From the NCBI GenBank assembly GCA_963663765.2, contig CAXXUA010000013.1:544001-608000 (forward strand): a stretch of 64,000 nucleotides of DNA. Direction: 5' to 3'. This DNA comes from Candidatus Poribacteria bacterium (GTDB taxonomy: Bacteria; Poribacteria; WGA-4E; WGA-3G). Within the stretch, counting starts at the first letter, position 1; each line of letters opens with the position of its first letter. Shown here piece after piece: positions 59,301-64,000 of this stretch. Both the position numbers and the translations under genes were made by a program. The notes beneath the pieces are model-generated. The model worked only from the letters and a program-made list of their open reading frames with translations. It was not told the DNA's origin and ran no database searches.

Positions 59301-60044
59301 AGCAAAGGTCGGTGCGGTGTTTTCAGGTGTTTCAGGTTGTGTGGGAGTCTCTGGTTCCACTGGTGTTTCAGGTGTTGTGCTGGTGGCACTGATCACTTCA
59401 ATGGGCAATGTATCAGATTTAGAAAGAACATAACCGTAGTGATTACTCGGCAAACTGGATAGCGTTCCGATATTAGCTGTTACTGCTGCAGTCGTTCCTG
59501 CAGTGCGAGTTACCGTGACAGTACTACTTTCTACTGCACCTTTAGAAATGGTCAGAGATGTCATATTCCCGCTAATGCTACCATTGGTAGGACTGATGGG
59601 AATACTCATAGTGAACGGTGCGCCTGTCGCGACAACGGCTTTAATCTGATCCTCTGCAACTTTTTCCAATAAGATGGTAATTTGCATAGGATCAACAGTG
59701 TTCCCACCTAATCGCAGAGTTGTTAGTGCCGTGAGTCCTTCAAAGATTTTATCCGGCAGACTGCTCAGTTCGTTGCCATATAAGTTCAGGTTAGTCAGAC
59801 CAGTCATCCCAGAAAAATCACCCGATTTTAGTGCTGTAATACCTTTGGAACGTAAGTTTAGACTTGTGATTGCCGCGAGTTGTGCATCGGTCACATCCGC
59901 TGCGGAATTCGCTCCTGCGGCAGTCACGATGGCATCACGCACTTCTGTTGTGCGATCAACCACCGGAGTGATCTCCGCAAAGCTTGTTATTTGTAGACCG
60001 AAAATCAATAAAACTGAGAACAAAACAGGTACTCTTTGCATCAT
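47400..60044 (-). CDS. giant secreted LRR/cadherin-repeat protein (~4214 aa) with FlgD-Ig/T9SS-like C-terminal domain
   Basis: ATG at 60044 with GAAAGGA RBS and signal peptide; about 24 cadherin-like repeats (NTAP.F...ATD.D.DTL.YSL...LDYET), 6 capped LRR modules, C-terminal PNYPNPFNPETWIPY...RKMLIRK. Confidence 0.92.
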   Translation of the reverse strand: MMQRVPVLFSVLLIFGLQITSFAEITPVVDRTTEVRDAIVTAAGANSAADVTDAQLAAITSLNLRSKGITALKSGDFSGMTGLTNLNLYGNELSSLPDKIFEGLTALTTLRLGGNTVDPMQITILLEKVAEDQIKAVVATGAPFTMSIPISPTNGSISGNMTSLTISKGAVESSTVTVTRTAGTTAAVTANIGTLSSLPSNHYGYVLSKSDTLPIEVISATSTTPETPVEPETPTQPETPENTAPTFADGNITLRSVSENSAADVNIGNAVSATDTENDTLAYTLSGLNADSFSIDSDTGQLKTKNALDYETKRIYIVSVNASDETLTSTISVIIIVIDLDDTPAVSTMLAVSDRTPMVRDAIVAAIPDVSVAADVTDTHLATITSLNLRSAGISELKSGDFSGLTSLTSLNLYGNMLRNLPVRIFEDLTSLTSIRLGGNLVAPMPLMVSLQQVSDNEFRAIIPTGAPFDIVLPINEASVANITIPKGSVTSGSFVATTTDVNIGNLPSIPPNHFGYILAKSTVCNRTIQVSDVIVSALQGIEDCRNISEADLATITSLDLSDMDITSLKADDFEGLLSLSTLNLSNNQLQSLPDGVFEGLSSLTSLDLSGNTVDPLSLNMTIQKVGENQIKVVISKGAPVDIVLPITVANGSLNNNATTITILKGSVESQPLMVNRTPDTYDDVTVDFGTLPNLPTNHIGYALAKSNELPLEIYSAVNTPPVFTEGINTTRSIAENTDAGSDIGSAVTATDANNDTLTYTVSGTDAASLSINSTSGQLQTKVALDYETKDSYSVTITVSDGSLTDSIDVTINITDIVETPTTDETTDGEDTDPPNNAPVFTEGSTTTRTVAENTGSGVNIGNPVSATDADDDTLTYILGGSDATSFSIGSTNGQLRTNTALDYETRTSYSVIITVSDDNDGSDTITVTINVSDVEEALNTAPIFTEGETASRSVAENTGSGVNIGTAVSATDADDDTLSYSLSGTDASSFSIGSANGQLRTNAALDYETKSSNSVTITVSDGKGGSDTINITINITDVDETTNTAPTFTDGSTTTRSVDENTGSGVDIGTAVSATDEDNDTLTYSLSGSDASSFSIGSTNGQLRTSAALDYETKSSYSVTINVSDGKGGSDTIAVTINVTDVDEATNTAPVFTDGSTTTRSIDENTGSGVDIGSAVSATDVDNDTLTYSLGGTDAASFSIGSTNGQLRTSTALDYETKSSYSVTITVSDRKGGSDTIAVTINITDVDEATNTAPVFTEGETASRSVAENTGSGVDIGSAVSATDEDNDTLTYSLGGTDASSFSIGSTNGQLRTSAALDYETKSSYSVTINVSDGKGGSDTINITINVTDVDEATNTAPTFTDGSTTTRSVDENTKSGVDISTAVSATDADDDTLSYSLSGTDATSFSIDSSSGQLRTSAALDYETKDSYSVTITVSDGNGGSASITVTINVNDIDESPVNNAPVFTNGSSTTRTIAENTASNVNIGSVVSATDADDDTLSYRMSGADAASFSIDSSSGQLRTSAALDYETKSSYSVTITVSDDQGGSSSISVTINITNVNEAPVFTAGTSTTRTIAENAGSGINIGSAVSATDVDSTTLTYTLGGTNGTSFDIESTTGQLKTKAALDYETKTSYSVTIAVSDGSLTDSIAVTINVRDLDETPSNIAPVFTDGDEATRTIAENTAADANIGTAIAATDEDSENLAYLLSGTDASSFAIDGDTGQLKTSAALNYETKTSYEVIVTVSDGTLEDEITVTINVTNVNEAPVFNDGDSITRQVAEKTAAGTNLGNVITATDPDAEDTITYSLGGTDAASFDIVSTSGQLKTKAALVYETKNSYTVTVIATDTGDATDTIAVTITVTDVNEAPTFGSESAERSIAENTGSGVNIGAAVAATDPDTDDTLEYSLGGTDRSSFSLGSTNGQLRTKAALDYETKNAYSVTVSVSDGNGGTDSIPVTINVTDVDENTAPVFTDGESAERSIAENTGAGVNIGTAITATDADDATLEYSLGGTDAASFEIGSTNGQIRTKAALDYETKNAYSVTVSVSDGNGGTDSITVTIKVTDVDENSAPVFTDGESTERSIAENTLSGVDIGDAVAATDADDDTLDYSLGGTDAASFSINSTSGQIRTNAALDYETKSTYSVTVSVSDGNGGTDSITVTIKVTDVDENSAPVFTDGESTERSIAENTLSGVDIGDAVAATDGDDDTLEYSLGGTDAASFSINSTSGQIRTNVALDYETKNTYSVTVSVSDGNGGSDSIAVTIKVTDVDENSNPSFGTAESITRNVNENTGTGIDIGDKVEATDPDTDDTLEYSLGGTDAASFSIDSTSGQIRTNAALDYETKNTYSVTVSVSDGNGGTDSIAVTINVNDVNENNDPSFGTAESITLNVNENTGTGIDIGDKVEATDPDTDDTLEYSLGGTDAASFSIDSTNGQLRTNAALDHETKDTYSVTVSVSDGNGGTDSIPVTINVTDVNEAPTFTESSPTTRSIAEHTASGQNIGSAVSATDPEGDTLEYTLEGTDASSFSIVSTSGQLQTNAALDYETTTSYSVTVKVTDDTLTNTIAVTINVTDVNENTAPSFSESSFSYRISDIENASVGDSIGDKVTATDADEDTLSYSLGGDDAAKFDIDSSSGQLKITQSLIDHTSSAYAIKVIATDPDSATAEISGTIFVTRVSQQNTNNPPVFDDGESTTLSVAENTASGQNIGEPVAATDDDTDDTLTYTLEGTDAASFSIVSTSGQLQTSVTLDYETKTSYSVTVKVTDDSGASNNSDTIAVTINVNDVSENTAPSFSNNSFSYRISDIANASVGDSIGDKVTATDADDDTLSYSLGGDDAAKFDIDSSSGQIKVTQALIDDTSSAYSIKVIATDPDSATAEISGTIFVTRVSQQITNNAPVFDGESTTRSVAENTDSGQNFGAPVAATDDDTDDILTYTLEGTDASSFSIVSTSGQLQTRAALNYETKTSYSVTVKVTDDSGASNDSDTIAVTINVTDANESFIPVANRTAGIRDAIVAKVSGVDYASDVTETHLAAITGTLNLAGDESIRANGLKSGDFDGLTSLAELNLLSTMLTALPDGIFDDLTSLTTLDLTGNELTTLPDGIFDNLTSLTTLKLISNDITTLPDGIFDNLTSLTLLDFFLNELTTLPDGVFDNLTSLTHLNLDFTEIAMISATIFDNLTSLKILELEAGNLTSLPAGVFDNLTALTRLDLDGQDISILPDGIFKNLTNLEILELDGNELSTIPAGTFAGLTNIKELYLYDNAVEPLPINIDFVTVPGGNIKAVAPIGAPFELELPIIVTNGIISGGATGVTIPTGATESETITVTRAGSAANDVVVAFGDMPSLPSGHQGYSLIKGDSLTISTGVNTNITPVSDRTAAVRDAIVAKVSGVTDAADVTVTHLAAITGTLDLSSNSNLQSNGIKSGDFHGLTSLTGLNLSGNNLNTPPTGIFSDLTSLTHLNLNSNNIQTLGNNVIDNLTSLESLELESASLTSLPAGIFDNLTALTTLDLDSNDINVLPVGIFQNLTNLETLELDGNDLSAVPTGTFEGLTNITELKLGGNTVDPLSINLILQFVSIGKIKVVAPIGLPFEFDFPITVTNGSISGGGTGVTIAAGATNSETITIIRTMGTTTAVTAAFGDLPDLPSGHEGYSFTKENSLTVFRDVNTSITPVSERTASVRDAIVAKVSGVDDAAAVTSDHLLAITGAIDLIGRDDIRTNGLKSGDFDGLTSLTGLNLVGNKLTTLPDGIFDNLTSLTTLNLSHNDLTTLPDGIFDNLTNLTYLGLIWHELGTISGAVFDNLTSLKTLELKNGPLTSLPDGVFDNLTALTTLDLQSNKISTLPDEIFKNLTNLEQLELDNNELSAIPAGTFVGLTSLTKLYLDRNKVNPLPLNISLVKVSSGEVKAVAPTGAPFSIDLPVYVQDGSISGDVTSITIPKGSTDSSTFTVTRNSDSTGSVVVINDGVPSLPSHHDGYVLIESSPIIVIDGNNAAPYFPDGLSTTRFVNENAAYKGEDFGDPVTAIDLDGDSLTYSLGGTDASKFIIDSTTGQLQTNEVFLSYETLGWSRYNVTVIATDDSGEDNDSTSINVRIQVTEDRGSPPLSSLTQLNNLLQIPDSTAFLPNYPNPFNPETWIPYKLSEASDVTLTIYNVRGVVVRELALGHRAAGVYYSRPRAAHWDGKNNLGEKVAGGVYFIKFNAGNYTKIRKMLIRK

Positions 60045-60122
60045 AAATTTCCTTTCATCAATCAAGATACTTTCATTAAATCTTGTTGTAAATGTAGGAT
60101 TGGAACGCGCCAATGTTGTTTC

Positions 60123-63100
60123 CTATTTCAGTATTAACATTTTCCGCGTTGCTGTAAAATCGTTTGCCTTGAATGTGGTGAAATATACACCTGCTGCGAC
60201 TTTCTCACCGTTTGCGTTTCTGCCATCCCAATATGCAGCACGTTTGCGGTCAGTATAATATCCAGCGGTTTTATGTCCCAAATCCAACTTCCGAATGACG
60301 ACACCACGCATATCGTAGATCGTCAAGGAAACATTGCCTGCTTCAGATAACTGGTAGGGTATCCATGTTTCTGGATTGAAGGGATTAGGATAGTTTGAAA
60401 ATAGAGCCGTTTCCTCTGGAATGGGTGGAATGTCAATCGTAGGAGCCAGAGGTATTGAAAGTGGTAAAACAGACATTGGTTGGTTACTTTCATCTATATC
60501 ATATTCATAACCAGAATGTGCATCATTTCTATCAAAAGTAATGAGAGGAAATGTCACCGTTACTGCATTGTTAGATCCTTCGGAACGTTCTATATCAAGT
60601 ATGTCACTTTCGGTATCTCCAGGATTTAATATATGAGCATCCCAGCCTAAACCGTTATGTGTCTCACTGTCAATAGCATCACCACCCGGGGAGATTACGA
60701 CATTTGGCATTATTAAAAGCGGAGAACCGATAGGACACACAATCTTTACTTGACCTTCTGCGACGTATGATAGACTCACAAGGATCTTTAAGGGACGCAC
60801 TGTATTCCAACTCAAGTTAACCGTATCTATCTTTTTGCCAATACCAAAAAAGCCATCAGGTAGGGAGCTTAATTTGTTATGGTTCAACAATAACTCCGAT
60901 AAACTACTCAATCCTGACAATAGATCACCTTGCACAGAACTAATACTGTTACCAGCCAAATCAAGGGTTTCCAAACTGGATAGACCACTAAATATGCTAT
61001 CTGGCAAAGATGTCAAATCATTGTTTTGTAGATTAAGATAAGTTAGTGCTGATAAGCCATCAAATATATCAGATGGCAAAGAAGTAAGACTGTTATATTC
61101 TAATGACAGTCGTGTTAGATGGGTGAGTCCATCGAAGTCATCAGCATTCAATGAAGAAATCGACGCAGAACTAAGGTCCAATTCTGTTACATTAATGAAG
61201 TGTCCATTTTTCACATCTGATGCGGAAGTAACGCCTTCTATTGCATCTACAATCGCATCACTCACCTTGGTAGTTCGGGAGCTGAGGGCAACATCTGGAA
61301 CAGAATCGTCAAACTCAGTAATGTTAATTGTAACGGCTATGGAGTCAGTTCCCTCATAACCATCAGAAACGGATACTGTGACCGAATAGGAGTTTTTCGT
61401 ATCATAATCCAAAGTTGCACTGGTTATTAACTGTCCAGTCTTGCTATCTATAGAAAATGATGAGGCATCCGTCCCACTGAGACTGTATGTGAGGGGATCT
61501 CCATCGCTATCTGTAGCCTCCACAGGACCCCCAATATTTATACCGGAGTTCACAGCCTCACTGATTGACCGACTCGTGGATTCCTCTTCAGTGAACTCAG
61601 GAGCAATGTTATCTCCAGATTTTATCACTACAAGTCTGCCCACACCCCTAACATATTTATACCCAGTATCATATTGTCCTTCTGTGGGTAAAGATGTAAT
61701 GGAAACAGTAACAGAATTATTATTCGTTGAATCTGCAGGTAAACGTTGTAGTTGGTATTCACGGCTTTCAACAGCACCTCGATGAATCTTCAAATAAATG
61801 CTCTTGTCATTTTCACGAAGTAAGTGATTATTGTTGGAATCAAGGAATATACCATTCGTAATATTAACTCTTACATATAATAGATCTGGGGCTCCGATTG
61901 GAATTACAGCTTTAACTTTAGCAAAATGTCCAGACGCACCATCGACACCCTGTTCCAGACCGATAGTGAAATCAAAAGGGGCTCCAGGGTTATCGGAAAG
62001 AGTAAGAGCAAATAATCCACCATTTCCTTTTAAGAATCCATCCGGTAATGACTCTATTCTGTTATTTTCTAAAAGAAGTTTGCTTAGGAATGGGCAGTTA
62101 TCAAAAAGACCAGTTTCCACAGAACTAATTCTATTATTAAAAAGATTTAAATCAAACAAAGAATCAGTACCTTGAAAAAGTCTTGATGGAAGAGATGTCA
62201 ACCGATTTTCCGAGAAATTGATATCACGAAGATCTGTAAGATTATCAAATATATTTAATGGAAGAGAGGTCAAACGCATGTATCCCATTCGAAGTTCTCT
62301 CAAATTTGTAAGTTGATCAAATAAACCAGGCGGTAATGTGCCAACATAATTTTTCTCAAGCACAAGAAGTGTCAGACCAGTGAGACCATCTAACATACCC
62401 GGTGTGAATGACTCAAACTCATTCCATTCAAGGTCCAGAGACCTCACATTACCAAGTCCTTCAAATATACCTGGTGGCAACGAAGTAAGATTGTTAAGCG
62501 AGAGATCAATAGATCTAAGGGCTGAGAGTCCTTTAAAATCATCGGGATCCAAAGAAGTAATATTATTAGCTCTCATATTTATTGAAGTAATACTATCAAG
62601 ATGTATCTTTAGAACATCTGAAGCAGTAGATGCATCCGGTATAAGTCCAATAAGATACTGTTGTACCTTTTCTGAACGGGCACTGAGGGGTACTGTTGGT
62701 GGTGTTTCATCTAAATCGGTGATTGTAATTGCAACATCAATTGATGCTGAACCCCCGAAGTTATCTGATACAGTAATAGTGACAGAATATGAACTCTTAG
62801 TTTCATAATCTAATACAGCCTTTGTTAGAAGCTGCCCTGTTGCACCATCAATATTGAAGGAAGCTGCATCACTACCACCGAGTGTATATGTCAAAATGTC
62901 GTCATCTGCATCAGTAGCAGAGATTGGATCGCCGATATTTACAAAACTTCTTGTTCTTTCAGCTATAGAAAGGTCTACTATAAGTCCATCGTCAAATACT
63001 GGAGCACTGTTCTCGGTTCTAAATACATCAATAGCCTCGCCTTTGGTGAATGCATATCCGTTATGCTCACTTCTACCATCTCTTGAGTCATTAGGTATGC

Positions 63101-64000
63101 TTGGTAATGTTCCAATACTTGCAATAACATTTTCAGTTGTTCCGGGTGTCCGTGTGATCGTGATAGTCTCACTATCTGTGCTTCCGATGGGTATTGTCAC
63201 ACCTGTCGCGCCACCATCTATGCTGCCATTTGTGACAGATATTGGGACGGTAATATCAAATGGAGCTCCTGTTTGTGCAAATGCTTTAATCTGACCGTTT
63301 TCGCCTGCGACCAATATTATCGGAAGAGGGAGCGGATCAACAGGATTGGCTTCCAAATAGAGTTTCTGTAGATTGGTAAGATTCACAAACATACCTGCAG
63401 GAATTGAACTGAAATTATTAGCATACAAGTTCAGTATTGTCAGATTTGTAAGGTTCTCAAAAAACCCTGCAGGCAATGAGGATAAAGACTGATAAGACAG
63501 ATTAAGCTTTACCAGATTCGTCAGATTATCAAAAACGCCAGGAGGTAATATCGTCAATAGCTGGTTTTGACTACCAAGTCCCGAAAACTCAAGTCTTTCA
63601 AGAGAAGTAAGATCATCAAAGATACCACTTGGAATTGAACTGATTCTGTTAAAATTCAGTTGAAGTTCTGTCACACTTGTAAGTCCATCGAAGTCACCTG
63701 GTTTCAACGCACTAAGTCGTTCATAGTATAAACTCAGTTGACCTGTTATTGCTGCGAGGTGTCCCTCAGTCACATCTTCAGCATTGTCAATACCATCTAC
63801 TAAAGCAACAATAGCATCACGAACAGCGGGTGTGCGGTCAGCGACAGGAGTAATACCTTCATTCACGTCAGTCACATTGATGGCAACAGCAATTGTATCA
63901 CTATTATTGCTCGCACCACTATCGTCAGTGACCTTGACAGTTACAGAATAGAAGTTCTTTGTTTCATAGTCTAACGCAGTTCTTGTTTGCAGCTGTCCAC
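60123..64000 (-). CDS. LRR/cadherin-repeat protein paralog (5' truncated by window)
   Basis: Frame open to base 64000 (GQLQTRTALDYETKNFYSVTVKVTDD); three LRR modules, cadherin repeats, C-terminal SNYPNPFNPETWIPY...RKMLILK. Confidence 0.92.
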   Translation of the reverse strand, partial: GQLQTRTALDYETKNFYSVTVKVTDDSGASNNSDTIAVAINVTDVNEGITPVADRTPAVRDAIVALVDGIDNAEDVTEGHLAAITGQLSLYYERLSALKPGDFDGLTSVTELQLNFNRISSIPSGIFDDLTSLERLEFSGLGSQNQLLTILPPGVFDNLTNLVKLNLSYQSLSSLPAGFFENLTNLTILNLYANNFSSIPAGMFVNLTNLQKLYLEANPVDPLPLPIILVAGENGQIKAFAQTGAPFDITVPISVTNGSIDGGATGVTIPIGSTDSETITITRTPGTTENVIASIGTLPSIPNDSRDGRSEHNGYAFTKGEAIDVFRTENSAPVFDDGLIVDLSIAERTRSFVNIGDPISATDADDDILTYTLGGSDAASFNIDGATGQLLTKAVLDYETKSSYSVTITVSDNFGGSASIDVAITITDLDETPPTVPLSARSEKVQQYLIGLIPDASTASDVLKIHLDSITSINMRANNITSLDPDDFKGLSALRSIDLSLNNLTSLPPGIFEGLGNVRSLDLEWNEFESFTPGMLDGLTGLTLLVLEKNYVGTLPPGLFDQLTNLRELRMGYMRLTSLPLNIFDNLTDLRDINFSENRLTSLPSRLFQGTDSLFDLNLFNNRISSVETGLFDNCPFLSKLLLENNRIESLPDGFLKGNGGLFALTLSDNPGAPFDFTIGLEQGVDGASGHFAKVKAVIPIGAPDLLYVRVNITNGIFLDSNNNHLLRENDKSIYLKIHRGAVESREYQLQRLPADSTNNNSVTVSITSLPTEGQYDTGYKYVRGVGRLVVIKSGDNIAPEFTEEESTSRSISEAVNSGINIGGPVEATDSDGDPLTYSLSGTDASSFSIDSKTGQLITSATLDYDTKNSYSVTVSVSDGYEGTDSIAVTINITEFDDSVPDVALSSRTTKVSDAIVDAIEGVTSASDVKNGHFINVTELDLSSASISSLNADDFDGLTHLTRLSLEYNSLTSLPSDIFDGLSALTYLNLQNNDLTSLPDSIFSGLSSLETLDLAGNSISSVQGDLLSGLSSLSELLLNHNKLSSLPDGFFGIGKKIDTVNLSWNTVRPLKILVSLSYVAEGQVKIVCPIGSPLLIMPNVVISPGGDAIDSETHNGLGWDAHILNPGDTESDILDIERSEGSNNAVTVTFPLITFDRNDAHSGYEYDIDESNQPMSVLPLSIPLAPTIDIPPIPEETALFSNYPNPFNPETWIPYQLSEAGNVSLTIYDMRGVVIRKLDLGHKTAGYYTDRKRAAYWDGRNANGEKVAAGVYFTTFKANDFTATRKMLILK

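Noticed and set aside
60045-60122. Longer start for the giant gene, or readthrough fusion of the two giant ORFs
   Set aside because: The upstream gene ends with its own C-terminal domain and stop; RBS and signal peptide fit ATG at 60044
48175-63294. Many plus-strand ORFs opposite the giant genes (likewise opposite clpB and the WD40 genes)
   Set aside because: Antisense shadows of repetitive coding sequence
1-64000. tRNA, rRNA, riboswitch or alternative genetic code
   Set aside because: None recognised by eye; conserved genes translate full-length in the standard code. An Rfam/tRNAscan run would be needed to exclude small RNAs

Overview
Bacterial chromosome window whose gene content points to Candidatus Poribacteria (inference from secreted WD40 paralogs, LamG proteins ending in a TTTWxxLK tail, PhyH, and giant LRR-cadherin proteins with an NYPNPFNPETWIPY C-terminal domain). 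The left part holds housekeeping genes (recJ-rel, rpmB, rsmA, coaBC, gmk, clpB, lpxI) mixed with secreted repeat proteins. The centre (29.7-34.3 kb) is a nested pile of mobile DNA: an IS982 with intact ends and target duplication, a 299-bp tandem array built from a MITE, a second MITE inserted into that array, and a tnpB-only IS200/IS605 element whose ends can be read directly. The right part has a metzincin, WD40 and GNAT paralogs, PhyH, a MutH/Sau3AI-like nuclease with a DpnA-like methyltransferase, a 1-kb mosaic REP array and two tandem giant LRR/cadherin genes (the second runs off the window). The most distinctive pattern is that most GTAG-type REP hairpins sit inside short inverted-repeat-bounded (MITE-like) shells of several different families. 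I recognised no rRNA, tRNA, CRISPR array or reverse transcriptase.
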